The notes under the pieces: model-generated
The model's database searches: none
Told to the model about the DNA's origin: nothing
What the model saw: the letters and a program-made list of their open reading frames with translations, nothing else
Translations under genes and position numbers: made by a program
Source: Blastocladiella emersonii ATCC 22665
Lineage: Eukaryota; Fungi; Blastocladiomycota
Direction of reading: 5' to 3'
Assembly (NCBI GenBank): GCA_025594325.1
Contig: JANHCV010000009.1
Coordinates: 1,488,001-1,552,000, forward strand
DNA: 64,000 bases
Part shown: positions 13,329-23,878 of the stretch, piece after piece
Layout of the letters: every line of letters begins with the position of its first letter
Position numbering within the stretch: the stretch's first letter is position 1

Positions 13329-15160
13329 TTACTCGAGCGACACCACAACCGCGCTCGCCTGCACCCCCGCCCCCGCCCCGCCTCCGGTAACGACGGTCGG
13401 CGTGGTCGGTGGCGCGAACGCGGGCGCCTTGACGTTGAGCAGCGACGGGCGGCGCTGTGGCGTTCCGTGAACCGGGATCGCGGCGACCTCGGCGGCGACC
13501 GCGACCACGTTCTCGGCAGCAATCTGCGACGCGGGCGCGGGCGCCGGGGCTGTGAACGACGACCCGGACGCGCGGCGGAGGTGCGTCGCGGACCGCATGC
13601 GCCGTGGACTCCCACCGACACCGACGCCGTTGTGGTGCGCCGGGTAGCCGGTGCCGGGGGCGCCCGGGGTCCCGATAACGCCGGGGCCGGGCGCGACGTA
13701 GGCGATGGGAGAGGAGGAGGAAGAAGAAGACGGGCCGGTGGCGGGGCGCGGCGGGAGGACCATGGACATGGACCGGGGCTTCCGCAGGGCGTGCGCGTGC
13801 GGCGGCTGCGGCGCGTACGGTCCCGCGGGCATCCCCGCCGTGCCAGCGGGCGTGACGAGCGGGGCGGACGAGAACATGGGCGCGGACCGCTGCGACGGGA
13901 GGATCGACGCCGACAGCCGGCGCGCATGCCCCCCACCGCCGACGCTCGGACTCGACGACGGCGTGTTGGGCCCGATGCCGAGCGACCGCTGGTACGGCGG
14001 GAAGACGCCAGCGGCGGCGAGGTACGCGGCCTCGTTGTCGTGGTAGAAGAAGCACCGGGTGCCGTACACGCACCCGTTCGGGAACTTGGCCACGTTCTCC
14101 TCGTTCTTGCACTTCTCGAGCGGGTGCCAGTACACGCACGTACCGCCGTACTTGCACTGCGGCCAGTACGCGCACCGGATTTTCTTGGGCTTGTCAGCGG
14201 GGTCGCTCGACGACGACGTCTCGCTGGCGCCCGTCGGCGACGCGGACCGGGACGCCGCGGGCGACGCCGTCGTGGAGCCCGGGACGAAAGCGGCTGCGGC
14301 GAGGTTCAGGTTCGACGCGCGGCGCGGGATCGCGGGCGCCGCCGCGGCGGGTTTTTCGCGCACGTCCTCGTCGTCGTCGCTCTCGGCGACCCGCACGGCG
14401 GCGCGCGCGTGGTGGTGCATGTGGTGGTCGTCGTCGGTCTCGGTGATGGCGCCGAGCGACGCGGCCGACGCGGAGCGGGAATGCGCGTGGATGTTGGCGA
14501 GCGAGGGCCGCGGCGGGAGCGGCGGGGCGGGCCGCGTCGGCGGCGCAGGCGGTTCCGAGCCCGAGGGCTTCGGGATGGTGATGGGGTCCAGCGTCTCGAG
14601 CTGCAGGTGCGGCGGCTTCACGGGCGTCGCGGGGGGCGTCAGGGGCAGGGCGTACGGGTTCGGGTGGTGCGGGTGAGGGTGAGGGTAGTGAGGGTCAGCA
14701 GGCGTCACAGCGCGGGTGATGCCGGACGTCGAGTCGGCGGCGGAGGCGGGAGCAGCGCCGTCGTCGATGACGATCTCGGTCAGGTCGTCGTGGCCGGCGG
14801 CGTTCTTGGCGGCGGCGTGCGCCGCGTTGGCCGCATCGACGGCGGCGGCGGGGTCCGCGTTCGGGTCGCCGCCGAGCTTGACTAGACGTTTGCGAGGGAC
14901 AAGCGTGAGTGAGATGTGATGCCAGCGGAGCGGAGTAGACGGTTTCAGATCACAGCGTTGCAAGCCCCGCCGGGTGCAACACCACACCCCGCGCGCGCGG
15001 CGACGAGGGGCGGCGCGTACAAGCACACCCTTCGCAGCGCGCGACGGTCGAGGATCGGGTGGCGTGAAGGTGGGGGAGCGAGCGTACCAGACAGGCGGCG
15101 GCCGACGTAGACGGCGGCGGCGCCGGCGGACGCGGCGAGGCCGAGGTACACGGTGGACAT
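13329..15160 (-). CDS. Tandem CCCH zinc-finger protein (Nab2/ZC3H14-like fingers) in a low-complexity scaffold; 5' exon uncertain
   Basis: ORF 13329-15026 contains CAYWPQCKYGGTCVYWHP and CKN..FPNGCVYGTRCFFYH. Probable acceptor (CTAG) at ~14883; candidate ATG at 15160. Confidence 0.7.
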
Positions 15161-16140
15161 GGTGATGCTGGATGGGGTTTCGTCGTTTACGTTTCTCTAT
15201 CGGTGGGTGACCTGGACGATGACGGCGGTAGCGAGGGCGGCGGTCAGTCGGTCAGTGATGGGCGTGGGTGCGAGCGAGCGCACGCCGTCTCTGCAGCTGT
15301 TGCAGCAACAGGAGCAACGCCGATCGGCTGCGGGGAGCGGTGGCGCTGCGACGATGGGCGTCGGCGCCGGCGAGAGACGTACAAGGTATCGAGCGGATCC
15401 TTGACGACGCGGGTAGGTTTCTTCTTTCGTTGGTCGTTGTTTGCGTGAAGCCCTGTCCTGTAACGAGGAGAGGGGAGGGGAGGGTGGAAGGGAGGAGAAG
15501 GAGCGAGGTGTGGTGTTGGGAAGCCCTGCAGATGACGCCCCCGGCTGGCTGCGCTGCTCTCACGCGGTGATCCTGGTTCGTCGGCGTCGGCGTCGCCGGC
15601 GTCTAAGTGTATCGCGGTCTAAGAAAGGAAGGAGTCGCAGCGAGCAGGCGGACGAGGGGAGAGAGAGAGAAAGGGCGGCCGCGGCGGGGCGGGGGCAGCG
15701 GTGGCGGCGGTGGCGGCGGCCGGCGTGCTTTCAACACCCCCGCTCGAACAGCAACCCCCACACGCAAACAACATGGCTTCATCAGGTGGCGCTGCCGCTC
15801 TCCCTGCACTCGAACCACGGCTCCGCGGGGACACGGCGATCTTCTCCAGCTGCCCCAGACGGGCCGAGACGCACACCGCGCGCTCCGAGAGCTCTCACAT
15901 GGCGAATGCATCAAGTTTCCCGTCGGCGACGTCGTGAGCGAGGAGGAGGCGATGGCTGCGACGTGCTCGCGGTCGGCCGGGCGCACGCGTCACGCGAGCG
16001 AAGGGCGTTCGAGAAGGTGGGCGCGACGCGAACGGCTTCTCACGCCCGCCGTCCGTCGTCCTCGCGCTCTCTCTCTCTCAGACCTCGCCTTGCACGCTAC
16101 GAAGCTCATGGATAGACCTTGCACTCGCACCTGATCCGCC

Positions 16141-17607
16141 ATGCCCATCTCCAAGCGGAGTCGCATCGCCACGGGCGCGGCGCCGCCCAAGAGCGCGACC
16201 TCGCTCTTCCCGCAGTCCACGTCGCCGCCCCGGGCCGCTGCTCTCGCTGTTGCGCCTCAGCCGCAGGGTCTTTTCTCTGCGGTCAATCTCAACTCGACGT
16301 GCGACGCGTCGTCGGACCGCGCGCCGTGGGTCCCGCCTGGCGCGTCGGGCGTCTCCAAGCTCGGTCTGCCAACGCAGCCGTCCTTCTCATGGCTCGCCTC
16401 GCCGCAGGACCCAACCGCGCTTGCCCCTTCGCAATCCGTCGGCCTAACCGTCCCGCCGACGCGCGCGCCGCCGCCTCCCTCGCACCACTCTACCCTCGGG
16501 TTCATGCCGCGCATCTTCTCGCCGACCATGGCGTCGCTCACTGGACCTGCGGTGCCGCTCGCCCACGCTTCTTCCTCTCGCAGCCCTCCCACTTCGGCGC
16601 TCCTCTCGGCCGCGGGCGGCCAAGTGACTGCTGCTCCTGCGCCGATCCGCCTCTCGCAGCTGTGGAAGCCTACCCCTGAACCCGGTGACGATGCTACGGC
16701 CAAATCTTCGTCGCAGGCCGCGGTCGCCGACCTCGTCACGCCCGTGCTCAGCCAGACCGCCGCCGGCCTTGTATCACCCGTCTCGAGCGCGACCATCTCG
16801 ACCGCCGCCGCCGAGGCCGAGATCAACGAGCGCCTCGCCCCCGTCTCGCGCGCGGCGACTTTTGCTTCCGACGGTCCCCTCCAGAAGTCGGATCTGCGCC
16901 GCGGCATCGACTCGGCGACCGACCTCGTCGACCTGCGCCGCGAGCTCCACCTGCTGCGCCGCAGCGGGTCTGAGCCCATGCCGACGCGCGAGCCCGCGTC
17001 GCTTCCCGTCAAACGGTCCCAGTCCCTCGAACCTTCGACGGCGGCTGGCAGTAAACGGGCCAAGTACACGTCGGCGCCCGTTGTCCCGTGGATGTCTTCG
17101 CGCGCGCCGCCCGCTCCCGCACAATCCGACGCCGACCTCGCCCTTGCCATTGCCACGCGCCGCGCGACCCACGCCAACGGGCTCCGCCACTACGCCGCGG
17201 TCCTCGCCGACCACTCGCGCGTCCCGCACCAGGCCCGCGTGACGGTGGCGGTGGCCGAGGCGCTGCTCATGGACGAGTTTGTCGATCTCGCGCACTTCCA
17301 CCCCGCGGGCGCCGGCGTGCCTGTCGCGTCGGTCGCCGAGTGGGTCGCGAGCTTCCGCGCGTACGCCGCGTGCAGCGCGTTCGTGTTCCCTGAGAAACGC
17401 GCGGCGTATGACGGGTACCTCGACGCGGTGATGGCGGTTGCGGTCGAGTTCAAGGGGATCGGCGCGGTGCTCGTGTACGACGAGTGTGTGCGCCGCGCGC
17501 TCGCGATGCGGGTGCCGGGCGTCAACGGGTTTGCAGATCTGCATGAGCCCGGGATGGAGGCGGTCCGTCGGCACCAGGCGGGCGAGGGCGGGGAGATGGA
17601 GGTGTGA
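16141..17607 (+). CDS. 488-aa protein with low-complexity N-terminus and a C-terminal domain resembling DIRS/Ngaro Gag
   Basis: EWVASFRAYAACSAFVFPEKRAAYDGYLDAVMAVAVEFKGIGAVLVYDECVRR fits the W..F..Y....FP.R....Y....YD..R pattern I recall for DIRS-type Gag; not database-checked. Confidence 0.5.
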   Translation: MPISKRSRIATGAAPPKSATSLFPQSTSPPRAAALAVAPQPQGLFSAVNLNSTCDASSDRAPWVPPGASGVSKLGLPTQPSFSWLASPQDPTALAPSQSVGLTVPPTRAPPPPSHHSTLGFMPRIFSPTMASLTGPAVPLAHASSSRSPPTSALLSAAGGQVTAAPAPIRLSQLWKPTPEPGDDATAKSSSQAAVADLVTPVLSQTAAGLVSPVSSATISTAAAEAEINERLAPVSRAATFASDGPLQKSDLRRGIDSATDLVDLRRELHLLRRSGSEPMPTREPASLPVKRSQSLEPSTAAGSKRAKYTSAPVVPWMSSRAPPAPAQSDADLALAIATRRATHANGLRHYAAVLADHSRVPHQARVTVAVAEALLMDEFVDLAHFHPAGAGVPVASVAEWVASFRAYAACSAFVFPEKRAAYDGYLDAVMAVAVEFKGIGAVLVYDECVRRALAMRVPGVNGFADLHEPGMEAVRRHQAGEGGEMEV

Positions 17608-17794
17608 GGCCCGGTGAGAGGAAGATGAGGATGACTGGCGCTAGACTTGAAAACCCATTGCTCATACAACCGAATACCTTGCGGAGACGCGACGGGATAT
17701 CACGTCTGGGTCACTTGATGCTCAGCCTCGCCGTGCAAGGGGTCGTCGCTCTTCTCGCGAGCACCGCAGCTTGAGAGCTCTCCGCCGGCCCACC

Positions 17795-18619
17795 ATGAAT
17801 GCAATGCAGTCACTCAACCCGGTCGAGGCCAACTCGGCGCAACAGCCGCTCGGCCGCGCCGCGCGCACCAGGCGCGCCAGCTCGGTGCTGTCGGTCGCCG
17901 ACTCGGAGACCTCCTCCCCCTCCGACCCCGACCCCGCCGATCCGGACAGCTACACCCTGCTCGCGCTATCGCCCGAGCTCCTGACGTCCGTTGTCGCCTT
18001 CTCCCGCGCGCGGCTCGCCACGTGCACCGCCACGCGCCGCCTGCGCGACGCGGCAAACTCGCCCCACGTCAAGTTCGTGTGGCTCGAGGACCTGCTCAAG
18101 GACGAGTACGACGACCCCGAGTTCGGCACCTACGTCGCCGCCGCCAAGGACACGGTGCCGTCGGATGTCGGCGCCCTGATCGAGCTGCCGTTTCTGTTCG
18201 TCCAGGAGCGGCTCGTCGCGGAAGAGGAGGAGGGATACGCGCACTTCACGTCCCTGTTCCGCGTGCTGCTCGACCGGCTGCTCGGGCTCGCGCGGCGCGC
18301 GGTCAGCGCCTGGGAGGCCAAGCACCCGCACCTCCGCGGCCCCGGCGCCGTCTTCGGGTGCATCGTCAAGGACCAGTTCCGGTGCCAACGGCGCGACGAC
18401 GACGCGGTGGGGCCGGCGAAGCGGCTTATGCGCGGGTTCGACGTGCCGACCATCTCGCTGATCCAGCTCCTCATCTCGGCCGTCTGCCGCCTCGACCCGC
18501 CGACGCTGCGCGAGATTCTGGGGCGCGCGCTCGCCGCGATGCCGGACCTCTTTCTCGTTGCCCGACCCGCCAGTGCGTGGGCGCAGGTCAACCACGAGGC
18601 GGGGCAGGTCCTCGCGGGC
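17795..18619 (+). pseudogene. F-box-like host gene apparently truncated by the virus-like insert
   Basis: LLALSPELLTSVVAF...TCTATRRLRDAA is an F-box-like motif; host-type codon bias ends abruptly at ~18620. Confidence 0.5.
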
Positions 18620-18732
18620 ACCCCATCAATGGTCGCCTTGATCTTCTGCCCTGCAAGGCGCTTGGCTGTGATGCGCCTGCCGGTTGCATTGGTCACTCTT
18701 GCAAGTAGATCTGGTACTGTTCTTTGGCCCAT
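18620..18732 (-). CDS. N-terminal 37 codons of a small element ORF (MGQRTVPDLLARVTNATGRRITAKRLAGQKIKATIDG) cut at the left boundary
   Basis: ATG at 18732 after an AT-rich leader; element-type codons (CTT GCA, ATT GAT); runs directly into antisense of the host gene. Confidence 0.45.
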
Positions 18733-18844
18733 GATAGTTACTGTATGGACCGAAAATAAAACGTCCCCCTGTTGGTACCTTTTTCCCCGTGCATCTTGCA
18801 CCATTGGGCGTACCTTTTTCCCCGTGGCAGGTGCCTTTTGTCCC

Positions 18845-19099
18845 TCAGATGGTGGTGCTATTTGCCCCCTGGTCCCGGCGCTTGGCGTTGAGTGCCTTGT
18901 AGATCCGGATCTTGACCCGCTCTGCCCGCGCTGCCTCGTTGTCAACGTGCGTGTACCGGTTGGCCTTGCAGTCGCGCTTCCGTAGCCACTTGGCCTTGTC
19001 CTTGTCGCTCTTGTTGTACCAGCTGCTTGGAATGGGCATGGTCCCGGCGAGGTGCTCCCGCCACTCGTCCAGGCTCAGGTCATGGTCGCTGGAAATCAT
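18845..19099 (-). CDS. Small basic hypothetical protein of the element (up to 84 aa)
   Basis: Lys/Arg-rich ORF with element-like codon usage, divergent from the fibre gene. Confidence 0.5.
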   Translation of the reverse strand: MISSDHDLSLDEWREHLAGTMPIPSSWYNKSDKDKAKWLRKRDCKANRYTHVDNEAARAERVKIRIYKALNAKRRDQGANSTTI

Positions 19100-19119
19100 T
19101 CTGTTGCTTAAGGTTAAAC

Positions 19120-19843
19120 ATGGTCAAGAATATCTTTAACGTCTCAAGTACTGCGTCTCCAACCGTGTCTACCACGGGGGTCCCGGACGTGTCCAAGGCC
19201 TACGTTGACGTGGCCATCAGTGCCGTGTACGCCACGGTCGGCGCACCTGTTGCTGGCCCTGGCGTGGCAGTCTCAGGGACCACTGTCTCGACCAAGGTCG
19301 ACAACCAGACCCTTGGCGTGGGCGCAGCTGGGCTCTATGTCAAGTTGGTTGGCACGGTACAGCTGCTCCCGGCCAGCGTCACGGCCGACAAGGTCGCCAC
19401 GATTACAGCAGGGCAGGTCACAGGCAAGCTCGTCGATGCTCAGCTGGACACTGTGTCTGCGTCCAAGGTCGTGGGCGTGCTCAGTGCGTCCAACCTCCCA
19501 GCCGTCGGAACCTCGGTCCTGGCAGACGGCTCAGTGACAGATGCCAAGGTTGCGTCCGTGTCCGGGTCCAAGCTCGTGGCAGGCACAGTCGGGACCTCGG
19601 TCCTGGCAGACGGCTCAGTGACTGATGCCAAGGTCGCGTCCGTGTCTGGGTCCAAGCTTGTGGCAGGCACAGTCGGCACGGCGGCTCTCATTGACCTGGC
19701 AGTCACAGATGCCAAGGTCGCGTCCGTGTCTGGGTCCAAGCTCGTTGCAGGGACTATTGGGACGGGAGCCCTGGCAGATGGTGCCGTATCCAACGCCAAG
19801 GTGGCAGCTGGCATCGACGGGTCCAAGCTGGCAGCGGGCACGG
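19120..19843 (+). CDS. Fibre-like repeat protein, 5' part (interrupted by Ty3/Gypsy)
   Basis: ATG at 19120; 28-aa repeats DGSVTDAKVASVSGSKLVAGTVGTSVLA; frame continues at 25140 once the LTR element and one TSD copy are removed. Confidence 0.75.
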
Positions 19844-20017
19844 TGTAAGGTGCCGAGGGGGAGGGTCTTGTGCCACGAGGAATGACTAGCCGGATAATGA
19901 AGGATTGTATCACGAATGACAAGAGAGAGGGAGAGCGAGGGCAACGCTCGGCTTATGAGGGACTGCGCCACCAGCCCGCGCCACCAGCCCGAGCCGTCGG
20001 ATCACTGAACCGTGACA
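19844..20017 (-). repeat. 3' LTR (174 bp)
   Basis: Same sequence as 24961-25134; adjacent to the polypurine tract. Confidence 0.95.
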
Positions 20018-20037
20018 CTATCTCCCCTTCCCCCTCC
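20018..20037 (-). promoter_or_regulatory. Polypurine tract
   Basis: GGAGGGGGAAGGGGAGATAG on the minus strand, immediately before the 3' LTR. Confidence 0.85.
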
Positions 20038-23000
20038 GCGGGTCGGGTTTTGACGGGTTCTGCGCGTGGAACTCGGCGAGCAGCTCGAGGTGCTTGAGGT
20101 TCGCGTACGGCTCCCAGGTGTTGTCGTCCTCGGGGCAGCCGTGCCACTTGAGCAGGTACTCGACGCTGCGGCCGACCTTGCGCGCGTCGCGGATCGCCTC
20201 GACCGTCCACTCCTCGTGCCCGTTGACGGCGTACGGCGTTGGCGGCGGCAGCGCGCGGCCCGGGAACGCCTCCTCGTCGTGCTCGTCGATCGGCTTGATG
20301 AGCGAGACGTGGAACACGGGATGGACGCGCGCCATGGTTGGCGGCAGCTCGAGCTCGACGGCCGATTTCCGGATGAGGCGCACGATCTTGAGCGGCTCCG
20401 TGTACTTGGGCCCGAGCTTGGCCTTGGGCACGTTGACGCGCAGGTTCTTGGTGCTCAGCAGCACCATGTCGCCGACCTTGTAGTCGGGGCCCTCGCGGCG
20501 GCGGCGGTCAGCGTGCTTCTTGTACAGCTCCTTGGCGCGCTCGACCTTCTCGCGCAGCTTGCCCTGGACGTCGGCAATGCGCTCGGCCAGCGCGGCGGCT
20601 GACGGGACCCGATCCGACCGAACTGGCGCGGCCGAGAGCCGCGGGTCAAACGCGTAGTTGGCCTTGAACGGCGACATGCCCGTTGACTCGTTGACCGTGT
20701 TGTTGATGGCCATCTCGGCGTACCGCAGCAGCTCGGCCCAGTTCGACTGGTCCTCGTTGGCGAACATGCGCAGGTACACCTCGAGGGTCTGGTTCATGCG
20801 CTCGGTCTGCCCGTCGGTCTGCGGGTGGTACGCCGTCGAGAGCTTGGCCTTGATCTCAAGCGACTCGCACATGGCCGACCAGAACCGCGACGTGAACTGC
20901 GACCCGCGGTCCGAGACGATGTCGTCGGGCAGCCCGTGCGGCCGCACCACGTGCTCGATGAAGGCGTCGGCGGTTGTGGCGGCCGTCGGGAGCGCGGCGA
21001 GCGGGATGAAGTGCGTCATCTTGGAGAACCGATCGACGACGACCATGATGCAGGTGTGACCCTTGCTGCGCGGCAGGTCCGTGATGAAGTCCATGGAGAT
21101 CGACGACCATGGCCGCGGCGGCGTGGGCAGCGGCTGCAGCTCGCCGTCAGGCCGGTGGCGCGGCACCTTGGCCCGCGCGCAGGTGAGGCACGACTTGACG
21201 AACCGCTCGATCACCTTGCGCATCCCGGGCCACCAGTACGAGCGCGACACCTTCTCGATGGTGCGCTGGACGCCGAAATGACCGGCTACACGCGTCGCGT
21301 GCGCCTCCTCGATCACCCGGGTGCGCGCGACGCCTGACGGTACGTACAGCCGGTCGTCTCGCCAAACGAAGCCGTCGAGGTCCATGGTGAGCGACGGGTG
21401 CTTGCCCGGGTTCCGCTGCATCGACTGCGCGAGCTCGTCCTCCGCCAGGCCGTCCCGAATCGCGGCGAGCACGTCGTCGCCCTGCGTGCCCGCGACGAGC
21501 GGCGCGCTGGCCGCGGCCGTGGCGGCCACCGTGAGCGCCGACGCGGGAACGACAGCGCGGCCGAGCATCGGGTTGTCAAACAGCTCGTAGTCGGCGCGGC
21601 GCGACAGCGCGTCGGCGCGCCCGTTGATTGCGCCGGGCCGGTACGTGAACCGGAACGAAAACCGCTCGAGGAACAGTGCCCACCGCGCGTGCCGCTGCGA
21701 CTCGACCGTCATGGTGCGAAAGTGCTCGAGGTTCTTGTGGTCCGTGTACACCTCGACCGGGTGCTGCGCGCCCTCGAGGTGGTGGCGCCAGATCTCGAAC
21801 GCGACCTTGATGGCGAGCAGCTCCTTATCCAAGATGGGATAATTCAGCTCCGCCGCCTTGAGCGCGCGCGAGTGGAACGCGACCGGCCGCAGCGTGCCCT
21901 CGTTGTCGACCTGCGACAGGACGCACCCAATGGCGAAGTTGGACGCGTCGGCCTCGACAATGAACTGTTTTGAGGGGTCGGGGTGCGCGAGGAACTGGTC
22001 GGACGCGAACCGCGTCTTGATGGCCGCAAAGGCCGCCGCCTCGGTGTCGCCCCACCGCCACGGCGTGTCCTTCTGCGTAAGACGGGTGAGCGGGATGGTC
22101 AGTTCCGAGAACTCGGGGATGAAGCGGCGGTAGTAGTTGGCGAGGCCCAGGAACGCCTGCACCTCCTTGACCGTCCGTGGCGCGGGCCACTCGGTCACGG
22201 CGCGGACCTTGGCCGGGTCCATCTCGACGCCCTCGGTGGTCAGGATGTGGCCGAGGTACTCGACGCGCGTCACGTCGAATTCGCACTTCTCGAGCTTGAC
22301 GTACAGCTTGTTGTCGGCGAGCCGCTGCAGCACCTCCTTGACGAGCGCCGTGTGCTCTTCGGGGTCCTCGCTGAAGATGAGGATGTCGTCCAGGTACACG
22401 AGAACGCCGCGGCGGTCGAGCAGGTCGCGGAACACGTCGTTGACAAACGCCTGGAACGCGGCCGGCGCGTTGGTCAGCCCGAACGGCATCACCATCCATT
22501 CATAATGTCCGTAGCGCGTGCGGAACGCCGTCTTCCACTCGTCGCCCTCGCGGATGCGGACCAGGTTGTACGCGCCGCGCAGGTCGAACTTGGTGAAGAT
22601 GCGCGCGCCCTGCACTTGGTTCATGAGCTCCGCGATGAGCGGCAGCGCGTAGCGGTTCTTGACCGTCAGCGCGTTGAGGCGGCGGTAGTCCACACACATG
22701 CGGCGCGACCCGTCCTTCTTGGGCACGAACATGATCGGCGCGCCGGCTGGCGACCGCGATGGGCGGATGAAGCCGCGCGCGAGGTTCTCGTCGATGGTCT
22801 TGCGCAGCTCCTCGAGTTCGGGCTGCGACAGGGCGTAGACGGGCAGGAACGGCACCTTGGCGCCCTCGACGAGCTCGATCTCGCAGTCGTACGGTCGGTG
22901 CGGCGGGAGCGCGGACGCCGCGGCGGCATCGAAGACGTGCGCCCACTTGAGGTACTTGGCGGGCAGCACGCGCTTCGGCGCCGCGTCATCTGGCGCCTCG

Positions 23001-23878
23001 GGCGGGCCGTGTGCCTCGTCCCACGCGAGCGGGTCGAGGTCGACGCGCGGTGCGACCGTGGCCACCGTGACGCGCTGGGCGGGCGGGCACCCGCAGCGAC
23101 CAGTGCACGCGCCGTCAATCGCGACCGTGGCCGAGCGCGGATCCGGCTTCGCGCCGTTCGCGACCATCCATTCGAGTCCCATGATCACCGGAAACGCGGG
23201 AGAGTCGACGACGAGGAAGCGCGCGACCGAGCAATGAAGGCACGGAATGTCGATGGCGCGACCCGCGTCTCCCACCACGCGCTTCTGCTTGGACGCGTCG
23301 CCGGGAGGCACGACGCCGTCCGCGAACACGGTTTGGGATCCCGCGACCGCCGCGTGCAGGAACTCGGGCGACGTGACGGACACGGCCGCGTGCACGTAAT
23401 GCGAGATGTACTGGCGCTGGCCCGGCGCGGAACCGACGACACCGCGGAGGTCGATGCGACGCGCTAGGCGCTTCGGCACGAGCCCGGCCTGCTCGGCCAC
23501 CCTGCGGCTGATCAGGTTAACCGGCGCGCCCGTGTCGAGCATCATGAACGTCGGGATCGGCGCCGTGCGGAGCCCTGGATGCGCGAGGAGCCCGCCGAGG
23601 TGCAGGTGGTCCTGCGCCATCTCTAGACGCACAAGTGCACCAAAGTACGCAGCAACAGATTTTCCATTAGTCTTCTTATCATTCATGTTTTGTTTCTTCT
23701 TTTTGTTCATTTTTTTCTTCTTGTCGGCGGGCACCGACATCTTATCCGCGGCGGCGGCCGCCGTGGCCATCGCCGTTGTACCACCCAAATCCGCAGGTTT
23801 TGGCTTCGAGGACGTCGCGGCCTGCTCCGCTACGCCCGACTGGCGTTTCCCGACGACGAGCGCGGGGGCGACGGGCAA
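20018..23878 (-). CDS. pol: Pol polyprotein: protease, RT, RNase H, integrase, chromodomain
   Basis: LDTGA (PR), YLDD (RT), EADASNFAIG (RH), HHCC plus SMDFITDLP / SDRGSQF / GQTERMNQ (IN), EEWTVEAI..YLLKWHG..DNTWEP (chromodomain). Confidence 0.97.
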   Translation of the reverse strand: MPVAPALVVGKRQSGVAEQAATSSKPKPADLGGTTAMATAAAAADKMSVPADKKKKMNKKKKQNMNDKKTNGKSVAAYFGALVRLEMAQDHLHLGGLLAHPGLRTAPIPTFMMLDTGAPVNLISRRVAEQAGLVPKRLARRIDLRGVVGSAPGQRQYISHYVHAAVSVTSPEFLHAAVAGSQTVFADGVVPPGDASKQKRVVGDAGRAIDIPCLHCSVARFLVVDSPAFPVIMGLEWMVANGAKPDPRSATVAIDGACTGRCGCPPAQRVTVATVAPRVDLDPLAWDEAHGPPEAPDDAAPKRVLPAKYLKWAHVFDAAAASALPPHRPYDCEIELVEGAKVPFLPVYALSQPELEELRKTIDENLARGFIRPSRSPAGAPIMFVPKKDGSRRMCVDYRRLNALTVKNRYALPLIAELMNQVQGARIFTKFDLRGAYNLVRIREGDEWKTAFRTRYGHYEWMVMPFGLTNAPAAFQAFVNDVFRDLLDRRGVLVYLDDILIFSEDPEEHTALVKEVLQRLADNKLYVKLEKCEFDVTRVEYLGHILTTEGVEMDPAKVRAVTEWPAPRTVKEVQAFLGLANYYRRFIPEFSELTIPLTRLTQKDTPWRWGDTEAAAFAAIKTRFASDQFLAHPDPSKQFIVEADASNFAIGCVLSQVDNEGTLRPVAFHSRALKAAELNYPILDKELLAIKVAFEIWRHHLEGAQHPVEVYTDHKNLEHFRTMTVESQRHARWALFLERFSFRFTYRPGAINGRADALSRRADYELFDNPMLGRAVVPASALTVAATAAASAPLVAGTQGDDVLAAIRDGLAEDELAQSMQRNPGKHPSLTMDLDGFVWRDDRLYVPSGVARTRVIEEAHATRVAGHFGVQRTIEKVSRSYWWPGMRKVIERFVKSCLTCARAKVPRHRPDGELQPLPTPPRPWSSISMDFITDLPRSKGHTCIMVVVDRFSKMTHFIPLAALPTAATTADAFIEHVVRPHGLPDDIVSDRGSQFTSRFWSAMCESLEIKAKLSTAYHPQTDGQTERMNQTLEVYLRMFANEDQSNWAELLRYAEMAINNTVNESTGMSPFKANYAFDPRLSAAPVRSDRVPSAAALAERIADVQGKLREKVERAKELYKKHADRRRREGPDYKVGDMVLLSTKNLRVNVPKAKLGPKYTEPLKIVRLIRKSAVELELPPTMARVHPVFHVSLIKPIDEHDEEAFPGRALPPPTPYAVNGHEEWTVEAIRDARKVGRSVEYLLKWHGCPEDDNTWEPYANLKHLELLAEFHAQNPSKPDPRRGKGR

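Noticed and set aside
1312-14885. Many long antisense or alternate-frame ORFs (e.g. 8371-9780, 9784-11859, 13467-14885; likewise 21983-23467)
   Set aside because: Shadow ORFs from high GC and codon bias of the real gene; no motifs of their own.
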